Shown here: positions 1 through 10,097 of the stretch, in pieces
How positions within the stretch are numbered: the first letter of the stretch is position 1
How the letters are laid out: every line of letters starts with the position of its first letter
Origin: Terriglobia bacterium
Lineage (GTDB): Bacteria > Acidobacteriota > Terriglobia > JAJPHL01 > JAPKYU01
Direction: 5' to 3'
Assembly: GCA_965223005.1 (NCBI GenBank)
Contig: CBDCVK010000010.1
Span: forward strand, 1,536,001-1,600,000
DNA: 64,000 nt
Made by a program: the position numbers and the translations under genes
The notes under the pieces: generated by a model
What the model saw: the letters and a program-made list of their open reading frames with translations, nothing else
Databases searched by the model: none
Told to the model about the DNA's origin: nothing

Positions 1-512
1 ATGTTTTTCTCGCTGCTCTTGGAATTCTCCTGCTCTGCCCCCGGCTCGCCCAGCGCGGCCATGGAGAAAGAAAAGGAAAGCACGGCCACCACCGGAGTGG
101 CCAGCAGAGCCGAAAGCCGCAGCAGGCGGCTGAAGTGCGCCAGCCACTCTCCATTAGTGCGCGTGATCAGCACGTGCGGGACCAGATGAGCGAACACCAC
201 CACGGTCACTACCAGAAGGATGACCGTCTGCAACGCAGTTGCCCAGTTAAGGGTAGCTCGAGCAAAAGCCAGATAGCCGCCCAGCACGGCTAGCGCCAGG
301 ATCATCATCTGGGCCAGCAGAGCGAACGTCAGGCCGGCGCGGACGCGGTCCAACTTCAGCGAGGGTTCGACCTGGCGCTCAAACATCTCGATGTTGTCCT
401 CGACGCCGACCAGGAAGAACTTGCCCATTTCTGTGTAGAGGCGGTCCACGTAGGCGAACAGGGTGAGCAGCGCGACGCTCAGCACAATCAGGATGGCGGC
501 CAGCAGAATCAT
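1..512 (-). CDS. Hemolysin/CNNM (DUF21-type) membrane protein, N-terminal part; runs off the window edge
   Basis: ATG at 512 overlaps the ybeY stop (ATGA); MILLAAILIVLSVALLTLFAYVDRLY... has several hydrophobic helices; phoH-ybeY-hemolysin/CorC is a common gene order. Confidence 0.75.
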   Translation of the reverse strand, partial: MILLAAILIVLSVALLTLFAYVDRLYTEMGKFFLVGVEDNIEMFERQVEPSLKLDRVRAGLTFALLAQMMILALAVLGGYLAFARATLNWATALQTVILLVVTVVVFAHLVPHVLITRTNGEWLAHFSRLLRLSALLATPVVAVLSFSFSMAALGEPGAEQENSKSSEKN

Positions 513-988
513 TGGTGGACCCGTTCCATCAAACCCTGAGGCAAGGCGAGCCGCTTGCGCCAGCGCCGCTCGGCGCGCGCCATCCGCGCGGCATCCCGAG
601 GTGCCTCGTGGTCAAAGCCCAGCAGATGAAGCAGGCCATGCAGCACCAGAATTCGGATTTCGGTCTCCACGGAATGGCCCAGGCGTCGCGCCTGCTGCCG
701 GGCGGTTTCAACCGAAACCAGCAAGTCGCCGGCCCGCCCGTCGGCTCCATCCGGAAACGACAGCACGTCGGTCGGTTGGTTCAGGCCTCGGAAGCGCTTC
801 TGGTACCGCCGCATGACCGCATCCGAAAGCAGACACACGCTGACGGGACTCCCGGCAGCTACCTCCCGCTGCAACCGCCGCAGGAAATCCTGCAGTGGGG
901 GAATGGAAAGCTTCACGCGGCGTTGCCGGTTCAGCAGCGTGGGTCCGTTGTCACTGTCGGAGGGAGTTTCTGGCGCTGGGGCTGTCAT
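509..988 (-). CDS. ybeY: rRNA maturation endoribonuclease YbeY
   Basis: PTDVLSF and HGLLHLLGFDH zinc motif; start chosen at MTAPAP. Confidence 0.92.
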   Translation of the reverse strand: MTAPAPETPSDSDNGPTLLNRQRRVKLSIPPLQDFLRRLQREVAAGSPVSVCLLSDAVMRRYQKRFRGLNQPTDVLSFPDGADGRAGDLLVSVETARQQARRLGHSVETEIRILVLHGLLHLLGFDHEAPRDAARMARAERRWRKRLALPQGLMERVHQ

Positions 989-1010
989 GCTGTTGGCAGT
1001 GGGCTGGTGG

Positions 1011-2063
1011 CTACTCCGAAGTGGACTCGTTGGACACGACTCCCGGGGGTCGATCTCCGTTCGGCCCTTCTGCCGGCGTTCCATCCCGGACCGTGCCGCC
1101 ACCATTGACACCGGCGGCGGTTTGCGTCGCGTAGCTCTCGTACGCCTTGATGATCTGCTGCACCAGCGTGTGGCGCACGACATCCCTTTCGTTGAAGTAG
1201 ACGAAGGCGATCCCCCTGATTCCCGACACCACGTCAATGGCTTCCAGCAGGCCGCTCCGCTTGCCGGGCGGCAGGTCAATTTGTGTGATATCACCCGTGA
1301 TCACCGCCTTGGAATCAAACCCGAGGCGGGTGAGGAACATCTTCATCTGCTCGCTGGTGGTGTTCTGCGCCTCGTCCAGGATCACAAAACTGTGGTTCAG
1401 CGTTCGCCCGCGCATGAAGGCCAGCGGCGCAATCTCGATCGTGCCCCGGTCCAGGTAGCGGTCCACCTTTTCGGTGTCCATCATGTCATAGAGGGCGTCA
1501 TAGAGAGGCCGCAGATAGGGATCCACTTTCTCCTGCACGGTGCCCGGCAGAAAGCCCAGCCGCTCGCCCGCCTCAACCGCCGGGCGGGCCAGGATGATGC
1601 GGTTCACCTTCTTGCTCATCAGCGCGCTGATGGCCATGGCCACCGCCAGATAGGTCTTGCCCGTGCCTCCCGGCCCGATACCAAAGACCATGTCAGTGTC
1701 CTCGATGGCCTCCATGTAGCGCTGCTGGTTCAGGCTCTTGGGTTGAATCGGTTTCTTGCCAAAGTGGCGCTGCCGCCCGCTGTGCACCAAGCCGAGGAGC
1801 GTACTGGAGGGGTCTTCCAGCAACACCCGCAGGTAGTCATACAAGGCTCCATTGTTGAACAGGTGCCCTTCCCGCAACAATCGGTTGTAATCTTGCACAA
1901 TTTGGGTGGCGCGCTCCACGTTGGCCGCTTCGCCTTCGACTTCCAGACAGTCGTCCCGGAGGGCGGTACTGACTTGCAATGCGGTTTCCAACAGGCGGAT
2001 GTTCTCGTCGCGGGTACCGAACAACCATTCGATTCCGCGATCGATTTTGACGCTGGCCTTCAT
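1011..2063 (-). CDS. phoH: PhoH family ATPase
   Basis: [33 protein letters not shown] motifs. Confidence 0.95.
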   Translation of the reverse strand: MKASVKIDRGIEWLFGTRDENIRLLETALQVSTALRDDCLEVEGEAANVERATQIVQDYNRLLREGHLFNNGALYDYLRVLLEDPSSTLLGLVHSGRQRHFGKKPIQPKSLNQQRYMEAIEDTDMVFGIGPGGTGKTYLAVAMAISALMSKKVNRIILARPAVEAGERLGFLPGTVQEKVDPYLRPLYDALYDMMDTEKVDRYLDRGTIEIAPLAFMRGRTLNHSFVILDEAQNTTSEQMKMFLTRLGFDSKAVITGDITQIDLPPGKRSGLLEAIDVVSGIRGIAFVYFNERDVVRHTLVQQIIKAYESYATQTAAGVNGGGTVRDGTPAEGPNGDRPPGVVSNESTSE

Positions 2064-2397
2064 CTAGTCCGACTTCTCTACCTCCCTAAGACAGAAATGC
2101 CCCTTTCGGGGCTAAAGCAGAACCGGTTCTAGCTCACCTCCATAAGAAGGTCATTCACAGGATAGCAAAGCATATGGACTTAGTCAATTGGCACTAACTA
2201 CTTGTATTTAAATTGGTTATCACTAGGCAGATGACCTCTGCTCTGGAAGGCCTTCTGGCGAGCGGGTCGGCCACTGAGCAAAGCACTTCTAAGATGAACA
2301 CCAGCCGTCGGAGATATCAGAGCTCTTCGCTTGGTCATCTCGCTTGGTCGTCCGGCCGATCTCTGTCTCGCCAAGCATAGGCTCGCGGTGGGCCCCC

Positions 2398-3906
2398 TCA
2401 GGGAGCCGAGGCGGGCACCCTGGTGTTCGCGCGGGCGGCACGGCCCCGCGCCCAGTGTCGCAAAGCGTCCACCTCCTCTCGCCGAGTCACAGAGAGCGGC
2501 ATGGTATTGCCCAGTTCGCCAAGCACGATCTCGGTGCTCAATTCTTGCCTGTCCGCGTAAGCGCTGAAGAGGGCGCCTTTCACCGCTTGCTCGATTTCGG
2601 CGCCGCTGAACCCCTCCGAGGCACCCGCCAGTGCCTCCAGATCAAAAGCGGCCGGGTTGCGACCCTTACGCTTCAGGTGCACTCGAAAGATCTGTTGGCG
2701 CTCTTTCGGGCCGGGCAGATCCACGAAGAAGATTTCATCGAATCGCCCTTTGCGGACCAGTTCCGGGGGCAGCGCAGTGATGTCATTCGAGGTGGCAACC
2801 ACAAAGACCGGCGCCTTGCGTTCCTGCAGCCAGGAAAGGAACGATCCCAGAATTCGGTTGGAAACCCCGCCGTCGGTGGCAGCCGCTCCAGACGAGGCGG
2901 CAAAGCCTTTTTCAATCTCGTCGATCCACAAGACGGCCGGGGCCAACTCGCCCGAGATGTCCAGGGCCTGTCGTAGGCGTCTCTCCGATTCCCCAACGTA
3001 CTTGTTATACAGGCTGCCCGCGTCCAGTTTCAGAAGCGGTAGCCGCCATTCCCGCGCCACCGCCTTGGCGCACAGGCTCTTACCGCAGCCCTGGACGCCG
3101 GTGATCAGGATACCGCGTGGCGGGTCCAGGCCAAATTCGGCCGCCTCGCGCGAATACGCCCCATGCCTTTTCTTCAACCAGCTCTTCAAGTTGGCCAACC
3201 CGCCCATGCTCTGGAAGTCATCGCTGGGCTCCACGAATTCCAGCACGCCCTGGTGGGAGATGATCTCCTTCTTCTTGGCCAGAACCGCGTCCAGGCAGCG
3301 CTCATCCAACCCGCCGTGTTCCAGCATGGCCTTGGTCAGGACCCGCTCGGCTTCGTTGAGAGTCAGCCCGCGCAGGCCGGCCGCCAGCCGCTCCAGGCCC
3401 GCTTTATCCAGATCCCTGCGGAGAGTGTAGGACGCCTTCAGACGGCGAAAGGTGAGCTCGGTGAGCCGCTTCAGCTGTGCACTGTCAGGCACATCCAGGC
3501 GGAAGATAACCACATCTTTCTGTAACTCCACTGGCACCTGTAGCACCGGCGCCGAAATCAGTACCGACCGCCGGGTCCGACGGAACTGGTCGCATAGGTC
3601 ACGCAACTTGCGCAGGACCACGTCCTGCTCCAGGTAGGGGTGAAAATCTTTCAGAAGGTAGAGGGCGTCCACCGACACGTTCCCGATGTGATTCAAAGCG
3701 GCCATGGGTTCGCAGGTGCGGAAGATGGCGTTGGGCAGCCCGGCCCGCTGCAAACCAGTGGTCACCGTCCAGAAGAAGAGAGGAATCTGGAGGTCTACCG
3801 CCCGCGCCTCCAGCATCGCTTCCACACGCTCTTCTTCCCAGGTCTCGATGTAGATCAGGGGAGTTTCCGAGTTGATCAGCAGCGTGAGTTCTCTGGCCTT
3901 GTTCAT
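2398..3906 (-). CDS. AAA+ ATPase (Ycf46-like)
   Basis: Walker A GVQGCGKS, Walker B LWIDEIEK, RKGRFDEIFFVDLP; degenerate N-terminal AAA-like domain. Confidence 0.85.
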   Translation of the reverse strand: MNKARELTLLINSETPLIYIETWEEERVEAMLEARAVDLQIPLFFWTVTTGLQRAGLPNAIFRTCEPMAALNHIGNVSVDALYLLKDFHPYLEQDVVLRKLRDLCDQFRRTRRSVLISAPVLQVPVELQKDVVIFRLDVPDSAQLKRLTELTFRRLKASYTLRRDLDKAGLERLAAGLRGLTLNEAERVLTKAMLEHGGLDERCLDAVLAKKKEIISHQGVLEFVEPSDDFQSMGGLANLKSWLKKRHGAYSREAAEFGLDPPRGILITGVQGCGKSLCAKAVAREWRLPLLKLDAGSLYNKYVGESERRLRQALDISGELAPAVLWIDEIEKGFAASSGAAATDGGVSNRILGSFLSWLQERKAPVFVVATSNDITALPPELVRKGRFDEIFFVDLPGPKERQQIFRVHLKRKGRNPAAFDLEALAGASEGFSGAEIEQAVKGALFSAYADRQELSTEIVLGELGNTMPLSVTRREEVDALRHWARGRAARANTRVPASAP

Positions 3907-4049
3907 CCGGTGAAAGACCATTTTATATCGGGCGGGGGAACACTCCAAAGACCCAAAAGGACGAAACCGCTTTGACGGTTGTGACTGCCAAATTGGATGG
4001 GCATAAAATCGATGTTTATGCTAATCTTCATGGAGTAAACAGGAGAATC

Positions 4050-4331
4050 ATGGCCAATCATTTCTCGGCGGTAAAAAGAATGCGCCAGAGCCGGAAGCGA
4101 ACCGAAGCCAACAAGGCCCGTCGCAGCCGCCTTCGTCATGAGCTGCGGGAACTGCGCCGGGCGATTCGCGCCGGAGACCTCCAGAAGGCCCAAACTCTGT
4201 TAGGTCCTGCCGCTTCGGTCATCGACAAGTCCCTGAAGAAAGGGATCATCAAGGAGAGGACGGCCAGCCGCTTTAAATCGCGGCTGATGGCCCGCCTTGC
4301 CGCCCTGAAGAAGAGCGCCGCAGCCGCCTAA
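4050..4331 (+). CDS. rpsT: 30S ribosomal protein S20
   Basis: MANHFSAVKRMRQS...KGIIKERTASRFKSRL; AGGAG RBS. Confidence 0.95.
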   Translation: MANHFSAVKRMRQSRKRTEANKARRSRLRHELRELRRAIRAGDLQKAQTLLGPAASVIDKSLKKGIIKERTASRFKSRLMARLAALKKSAAAA

Positions 4332-4334
4332 AGC

Positions 4335-4388
4335 CCCACAGTTCCAAGCGGACCCAGAGTTTCAAGCAGACCCACAGTTCCAAGCAGG
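4335..4388. repeat. 3 x 18 bp tandem repeat downstream of rpsT
   Basis: CCCACAGTTCCAAGCGGA / CCCAGAGTTTCAAGCAGA / CCCACAGTTCCAAGCAGG. Confidence 0.8.
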
Positions 4389-4430
4389 GAGGAAGCGCTG
4401 GAGGCTCAAGTAAGGGCGCAACAGGCGGCG

Positions 4431-5405
4431 CTACCAATCAAGATTGGCGTCCCAGAGGGGAGCCGGGGGCTTCCTGATCAGGACCCTGTGCAGGAGTTGC
4501 GCAGCTAACTCGAACCCCTCCTCCGGATCAATCAGCGGATCCTCGTGCTCGATGGACAGCACGTCATCATAGCCCACCTGGCGCAGGGTGCTGACGAAGG
4601 CGCGCCAGAACTCTTCCGGGTGTCCATAGCCGACGGTGCGGAAAATCCAACTGCGGTTCTTTGTGTCCTGAAACGTCTTGGCATCGAGGATCCCGTTGAC
4701 GCGCACGTTATGCGGGTCCGGTAGGCTGTCTTTCGCGTGGGCATGGTAGATGACCTCGCCCAGGGTCCGGATCACCTCCAGGATGTCCATGCCCTGCCAG
4801 AACAGGTGGGACGGGTCCAGGTTGCACCCGATGACCGGACCCACCGCATCTCGCAAGCGTAGCAACGCTTCGGGCTTGAACACCATGTCACCCGGGTGCA
4901 TTTCAAAGCACAGCTGGATCCCGTGGTCCGCGGCAATTTTGCCATGCTCCCTCCAATACGGGATCAGCCGCTTCTCCCACTGCCACTCATGCATCTCCAT
5001 CAGCCGCGGCGGAAAGGGAAAGAGAATCCAGTTGGGGACCTTGTCCCCGGGGGCCGCCTCCGGCAGGCCGGACAGCAACGTCAGCCGGGTGACTCTGATT
5101 TTCTCAGCCAGCGCGCAGGTCGCGCGAAAGTCGCGGTCGTAGACTTCCGAAATCTTAGGGTCAGGATGAAGCGGCTCGCCGTGCATCGCAAAGGCACTGA
5201 TCTTCAGCTCGGCGTCGGCCAGAACGGCCTGAAACTCCTCCAGCCCGCGCGAATCGGCCAGCAACTGTGCCGGGTTGCAATGATTTTTCGGGAAGAAACC
5301 CCCGGTGCCGATTTCTATTGCTTGCAATCCCAGCGCGTGCATCTTCTTGGCGGCTTCCGGTAGCGGCTGGTTTACAAAGACGGTGGTAATGGCTCCTAGA
5401 TGCAT
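4431..5405 (-). CDS. Sugar phosphate isomerase/epimerase (xylose isomerase-like TIM barrel)
   Basis: FEMHPG, NLDPSHLFWQG, HAHAKD, SIEHED metal-binding motifs. Confidence 0.88.
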   Translation of the reverse strand: MHLGAITTVFVNQPLPEAAKKMHALGLQAIEIGTGGFFPKNHCNPAQLLADSRGLEEFQAVLADAELKISAFAMHGEPLHPDPKISEVYDRDFRATCALAEKIRVTRLTLLSGLPEAAPGDKVPNWILFPFPPRLMEMHEWQWEKRLIPYWREHGKIAADHGIQLCFEMHPGDMVFKPEALLRLRDAVGPVIGCNLDPSHLFWQGMDILEVIRTLGEVIYHAHAKDSLPDPHNVRVNGILDAKTFQDTKNRSWIFRTVGYGHPEEFWRAFVSTLRQVGYDDVLSIEHEDPLIDPEEGFELAAQLLHRVLIRKPPAPLWDANLDW

Positions 5406-5493
5406 GGCAGTCTCTCCTCTGACCAAACGGCAAACAGAGTTTCCTTTGGTCCTAGCAGCCTGCGGAGGACCCCTTTGTGCGACACCTGCAGGC

Positions 5494-6567
5494 TTACCGT
5501 TTTTGGGCCAGATCCATGACCAGGCGTTCCAGAACGACTCGCTCATCAGGTGGCGAGAAGCGCAGGGCTACATCCGCTTCAAACAGCCTTTCCAACGCCC
5601 CGGTCAATTCTGCCACCGTAAACTTGCGTGCTTGCTCGCGCACTTTGGGATGGACCCACTCCCGGGCTCCCTCCTTGCACTTCAGCAACTTCCGCACGTG
5701 ACCGGCGATCAAGGCAGCCACCAGCAGCGGCGAGGTGTTCCGGCGCAGCATCACCTGCACCAGGCGCAACGCGCCGGCGATATCGCGTTCTCCGATTGCG
5801 TCGGAAATTTCCCACAGCGTAAAACTGCTTTCGGCCGGCACCACAGCCTGCACCTGCGCGGAAGAAATCCGGCCGCTACCGGCGGCGTACAGCATGAGTT
5901 TTTCCAGCTCTAGAACCGCCCGGGCCAGGTCACCGGTGCATGCTTCGGCCAGTTCTCGGGCGGCATCCTGCTGTAAGACAAAGCTGTTGCGCCGAGCTTC
6001 CTCGATCAGGTAGCGGGCGGCTTGCCCAGTGGAAGACCTCTCCAGCCGCAGCGATGGTACCGGGAGCAGCTTCTCGAGCCGCTCGGCCTTGCGCGCAGCG
6101 TCCCGGTCGCTTAGGTCCAGCGAAGTTGCCTCGAACACCACCATGCTGCCCGGCAGGGGTCGCGCGAAATAGTCGGCAACCGCAGCCGCAGAATGCCGGG
6201 CTGCCGTCGCGGGCTCATCGGATGTTTCCTCCTCACTCTCCTCAAGCAGGCCGGCAGCTGGCGCCTCCGGGCGCAGGGGTCTCCGCTGCTGCTTCCGCTT
6301 GGCGAGCAGAGCTTCTGCATTGCCCAACCATAACAGGCGGCGGTTGGCAAATAGGCCTGGCGAGGCGGCGTCCTCAAGAGCATTGCTCACCGGCACTTGG
6401 GCCAGATCGTGTTCCGCCAGCTCCCCACCCGGGTCCTCGAGAAAAAACTTCCTCAGGGCTTCGCGAACCCGGTCGCGAAAGAACAGCTCGTTACCGACCA
6501 GCAGATAGCCGGGGGCAAACTTGCCTCCGGCCGCCCCCTTCAGGAACTCGGCCAGGGACAGGCTCAT
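5494..6567 (-). CDS. holA: DNA polymerase III subunit delta
   Basis: YLLVGNELFF, LFANRRLL, ELEKLMLY; follows lptE. Confidence 0.85.
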   Translation of the reverse strand: MSLSLAEFLKGAAGGKFAPGYLLVGNELFFRDRVREALRKFFLEDPGGELAEHDLAQVPVSNALEDAASPGLFANRRLLWLGNAEALLAKRKQQRRPLRPEAPAAGLLEESEEETSDEPATAARHSAAAVADYFARPLPGSMVVFEATSLDLSDRDAARKAERLEKLLPVPSLRLERSSTGQAARYLIEEARRNSFVLQQDAARELAEACTGDLARAVLELEKLMLYAAGSGRISSAQVQAVVPAESSFTLWEISDAIGERDIAGALRLVQVMLRRNTSPLLVAALIAGHVRKLLKCKEGAREWVHPKVREQARKFTVAELTGALERLFEADVALRFSPPDERVVLERLVMDLAQKR

Positions 6568-7124
6568 CAGAATGCCTCAAGAAGGGAAGACACTAGACTG
6601 GCGGCGAAGGAGCGACCGAGCCGTTCCACGGCCGGGCCGCTTTCTTCAAAGTAGGTGGCCGCGTCGCCGCTGACCTCGTGGGTTTCTGTGAAACGGAAGT
6701 CGGGATCCTGGAATAGCAGTTTGCCGGTGTGCTGGTCGGTTAGCTTCACTCGCATGCGCACGGCCATGCTCACCGCTGTGGTGCGCCTTCCGGAGGAATC
6801 CACCAATATTGGCGTGGTCCAGAACTGGATCACGGTGCCCGTCAGGACCGCGTCGCTGCCGGCCGGTTCCGGCTGGATGCGAAATCGGGTACGGGCCAGT
6901 AATTCGCGCACCACCGCCTGGGTGAGCACTTGCTCGACCTTGTAGCGCGAGGTCTCGTTGCGGAAGGAAGGGACGGCAATGGTTTTGACCTCAGCGGGGA
7001 TTTGCATCCCCTTGCCGGCCACGTGGTAGCCGCAACCGTTGCCCACAAGACCCACTATCAGGACCACCGCGACCAGAGTTGCGCTGCTTGTCCTCAATTC
7101 CGCACCCGGCACTCCCTGCTTCAT
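6567..7124 (-). CDS. lptE: LPS assembly lipoprotein LptE family
   Basis: Lipobox GNGCGYH, IAVPSFRNET; lptE-holA synteny. Confidence 0.8.
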   Translation of the reverse strand: MKQGVPGAELRTSSATLVAVVLIVGLVGNGCGYHVAGKGMQIPAEVKTIAVPSFRNETSRYKVEQVLTQAVVRELLARTRFRIQPEPAGSDAVLTGTVIQFWTTPILVDSSGRRTTAVSMAVRMRVKLTDQHTGKLLFQDPDFRFTETHEVSGDAATYFEESGPAVERLGRSFAASLVSSLLEAF

Positions 7125-8161
7125 TCGACTCGCAGCCTGGGGATTCGCACCCTGGCCAGCTCCTCGGCAATACAGACTGCGTTCAGCGCCGACAGGCGCA
7201 GATTGTCGGCGGCGGCCCACAGCCAGTAGCCGCACGAGCCCGAACGATCCCTGCGGATATCGCCGACCAGGATGTCGTCGGAGGTAGCAGCTCCCACAGC
7301 AGACGGCGCCTCTTCGCTGCTCCGGCGCAGGTCGAACCCGTCTCCCGCCAGGGCCTCCTCGAGGTCAGCGGCATCGCGGGGCTGCTCCAGCTCCAGGTAG
7401 AAAGAAAACGTGTAGCCGTGGAAGGTAGGCGATTGCACCAGCCGCACCGCAGGCCGCAACGCGCGGCCGCCCAGCAAGCGCTCGACGTGGCATCCAACCC
7501 GCTGTTCCACCTCGGCCAGCGAAGGTTGGCTGTCCTCCCCGCAGGCGGCCAGCAGGTTAAAAGCCACCTGGCTGCCAAACACCTGCTGCGGCACCTTTTG
7601 GAAACGGAGCAGGCTCACGGTCTGCTGGTGGAGTTCCGCCACTCCGGCCGCGCCGCGCTCACTGGCCGGCTCAAAGACGTTCACAACAGCGCGAGTCAGC
7701 GAAAAGCTGGCGGCCAGCCGTCGCAGGACGGAACTGATAGCCAGGGCTGCCGGGTGCGCAGCTGCGAACATCTTCCCTTCCCCCAGCGGAAGGTGCTCAG
7801 TAGCCAGCGGGCCGGCTACTGGCACCTCTGGCATCGCCTCCTCCAGCACCCCGCTCAGGTCAATCAACCGGCTACCTTTGTCTTCGGCCAATTTCCAGCA
7901 GTGCCGCATGAAAGGAGCCGAACCTGTGAAAAAGGCAAAATCCACCTGCTCAAAGCTCCTCGCATCTACGGAACGGATAAAGGTTGGCTCGCCCTGAAAC
8001 TCGGCCAGTTGTCCTTGCCGTTCCTCTTCATCCAGCAAGGTCAGGCGGCGGATGGGGAAAGAGCGTCTCTCCAGAACTTCTTTGACTTCCTTGCCCTTGA
8101 GCGAGGACGCTCCCACCAAGGCGATATGAAACCCGGCGTGAGGCATGTGGCCCTCAGGCAC
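7121..8161 (-). CDS. Aspartate-semialdehyde dehydrogenase-like (USG-type) protein lacking the catalytic Cys
   Basis: IALVGASSLKG, QVAFNLL, PTFHG, DNLR motifs; AAAHPAA where NPNC is expected. Confidence 0.8.
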   Translation of the reverse strand: MPEGHMPHAGFHIALVGASSLKGKEVKEVLERRSFPIRRLTLLDEEERQGQLAEFQGEPTFIRSVDARSFEQVDFAFFTGSAPFMRHCWKLAEDKGSRLIDLSGVLEEAMPEVPVAGPLATEHLPLGEGKMFAAAHPAALAISSVLRRLAASFSLTRAVVNVFEPASERGAAGVAELHQQTVSLLRFQKVPQQVFGSQVAFNLLAACGEDSQPSLAEVEQRVGCHVERLLGGRALRPAVRLVQSPTFHGYTFSFYLELEQPRDAADLEEALAGDGFDLRRSSEEAPSAVGAATSDDILVGDIRRDRSGSCGYWLWAAADNLRLSALNAVCIAEELARVRIPRLRVE

Positions 8162-9008
8162 CGGCGGGAAGATCGCCCGGAGGCGGCACGGGGCGAGGGA
8201 AGCGGCGGCGAGAGAGGCCGCCGACGCGGGCCACTATGCCAGAGCCGGCATAGGTCAAGGCCATGGCCAGAAGGACCGGCTCGGAATAAAACCAGATAGC
8301 GGCCACCAGCGCGCCGATTGCAATCACGGGGACGAAGCGGCGGCGGCGGCGCAGGTCCAAGTCCTTGAAGCTGTAATAGCGCCAGCGGCTCACCATTAGC
8401 AGTGAGATAGTCAGCAAAATCGTCAGCCACGCCAACGACCAGCCCCACCAGGCCAGCGGTCTGCCGTTTCCGACGTGCACGATCGCGGCCAGCAGTCCGC
8501 CTGCCGCCGGAATAGGCAGGCCCGCAAAATACTTGCGGCCCGGACGCCCCGGATTGGCCAGCACCGGATCGGACTGGATGTTGAATCGAGCCAGCCTCGA
8601 CACCCCACAGAGCACGAACAGAAAGCTCAAGAACCAGCCCGCGCGATGGAGGTGCTCCATCAACGCGGTACTACTCGGATCAATCCAGCGGATACCCCAA
8701 GTGAACGCCAGCAACGCCGGGGCAACCCCAAAGCTGATGACGTCAGCCAGAGAGTCAAATTCCCGGCCGAACGCGCTGGCCGTGTTGGTCAGCCGGGCCA
8801 GGCGGCCATCCAGAAGGTCGAACAGCACGGCAAACCCGATGGCTTTCGCGGCGGCATCCAGATGCTGCGCGGTCACCTCCGGCGCGAGCACCGCCTCGAG
8901 GATCTGCGTCAGGGCAAGGTAGCCGCAGAACAGATTGGCAACGGTAAACAGGCTGGGCAGCAGGTAGGCGCCTCGGCGAACAGGCCGCAATCGGTTGGTC
9001 GTGGCCAT
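8154..9008 (-). CDS. pssA: CDP-diacylglycerol--serine O-phosphatidyltransferase
   Basis: LPSLFT, DLLDGRLAR, FDSLADVISFG, RLARFN; adjacent to psd. Confidence 0.92.
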   Translation of the reverse strand: MATTNRLRPVRRGAYLLPSLFTVANLFCGYLALTQILEAVLAPEVTAQHLDAAAKAIGFAVLFDLLDGRLARLTNTASAFGREFDSLADVISFGVAPALLAFTWGIRWIDPSSTALMEHLHRAGWFLSFLFVLCGVSRLARFNIQSDPVLANPGRPGRKYFAGLPIPAAGGLLAAIVHVGNGRPLAWWGWSLAWLTILLTISLLMVSRWRYYSFKDLDLRRRRRFVPVIAIGALVAAIWFYSEPVLLAMALTYAGSGIVARVGGLSRRRFPRPVPPPGDLPAGA

Positions 9009-9011
9009 CTC

Positions 9012-9076
9012 AGTTTCTCTGCGCTAGGTTCGCTTAGTTTTTCCGAGCCAGGCCGGCCTAGTTTCTCCGAGCCAGG
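9012..9076. repeat. 3 x 24 bp degenerate tandem repeat of the psd 3' end
   Basis: Minus strand CTGGCTCGGAGAAACTAG..CTGGCTCGGAAAAACTAA..CTAGCGCAGAGAAACTGA with a 24 bp period. Confidence 0.7.
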
Positions 9077-9678
9077 ATCGTCGTGCCCGCGCGGACGCGC
9101 GTCCCCCGCGGCACCAGAATTTCCCAGCTCGAGTCCAGAAAGACATCCACCCGGGACCCGAGCTTGATCAGGCCGACTCGTTCCCCGCGGGCTACGTGAT
9201 CCCCTTGCTTTTTCCAGAAGACGATGCGACGAGCCACCAGGCCGGCAATCTGCTTGAACACGACCACACCTTCCGGCCCTTCTACAGTCACCGAGTTGCT
9301 CTCGTTTTGAACCGAGGCCTCGGGCCGGTTCGCCATCCGGAAACGCCCCGGGCTATATTGGACATCGCGGATCAAGCCGGCGATCGGCGCGCGGTTCACG
9401 TGGACGTCAAAGGGCGAAAGAAAGATGCTGATGCGTCGAACGGGCCGCCCTTGGTGCTCGCCCGCGCGGATGTCCACCACCCGGCCATCGGCCGGGGAAA
9501 CCGCCACCGGCCCCGGGTCGTTGGACACCAGACGCTCAGGATCTCGGAAGAAGTAAAGGAGAAAGAGCGCCGCGGCCAGCGGCGGCAGGGCAAACCACAC
9601 CCCAGCCATCCAGGCCAGGAGCACCGCAGCCAAGCTCAGTGCTGCCCCATAGCGGATTCCGTCGGAGACCACAGCCAC
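9058..9678 (-). CDS. psd: Phosphatidylserine decarboxylase proenzyme
   Basis: FFRDPER, SPADG, FDVHVNRAP, LGSRVD cleavage motif. Confidence 0.92.
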   Translation of the reverse strand: MAVVSDGIRYGAALSLAAVLLAWMAGVWFALPPLAAALFLLYFFRDPERLVSNDPGPVAVSPADGRVVDIRAGEHQGRPVRRISIFLSPFDVHVNRAPIAGLIRDVQYSPGRFRMANRPEASVQNESNSVTVEGPEGVVVFKQIAGLVARRIVFWKKQGDHVARGERVGLIKLGSRVDVFLDSSWEILVPRGTRVRAGTTILARRN

Positions 9679-9781
9679 CCTCCTATTTTACCAGAGCCCC
9701 AAAGCCTAAAGGGGGCGATGAGCCTTTGCGGCGCACCGCCCCTCTGCGTTTCCTGTCTGCCAGTCAATCGGCCACGGACCG

Positions 9782-10021
9782 TCAGGCCACCGAAGGGTGT
9801 TCTTTCTTATGCTCCTGAATGATCCGTTGCATTTCGTCTTTCAGGCGGAGTTTCAGCTTCTTTAGCTTCACCTCCTCCAGCTGCTCCTCGTCATTGAGGT
9901 AGTGCTTGCTGGAGAGCTTTTGCAGTTGTTCGTCGTAGTTATGGTGTTGATCCGCCAGCCTTCGAAATTCCTCATTGGTTGCCACCAGGTACCCTTTGAG
10001 ATCCTGAGGGCGATCCATCAT
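9782..10021 (-). CDS. DUF465/YdcH-like small coiled-coil protein
   Basis: EFRRLADQH...LKKLKLRLKDEM. Confidence 0.8.
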   Translation of the reverse strand: MMDRPQDLKGYLVATNEEFRRLADQHHNYDEQLQKLSSKHYLNDEEQLEEVKLKKLKLRLKDEMQRIIQEHKKEHPSVA

Positions 10022-10097
10022 AAGGTATGCCTCCGGGGAAGAAGTATGGGGTCAAGCTAGCACAGCGCCCGAGCCGGTTCAAGGAACAAAGCGGCGG

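Noticed and set aside
813-2132. Long antisense or alternative-frame ORFs (e.g. 813-2132, 7079-8299, 30136-31230, 34531-35625, 37400-38506, 55033-56139)
   Set aside because: They shadow well-supported genes in high-GC DNA and show no recognisable motifs.
4335-4388. CRISPR array
   Set aside because: Units are contiguous with no unique spacers, and no cas genes are in the window.
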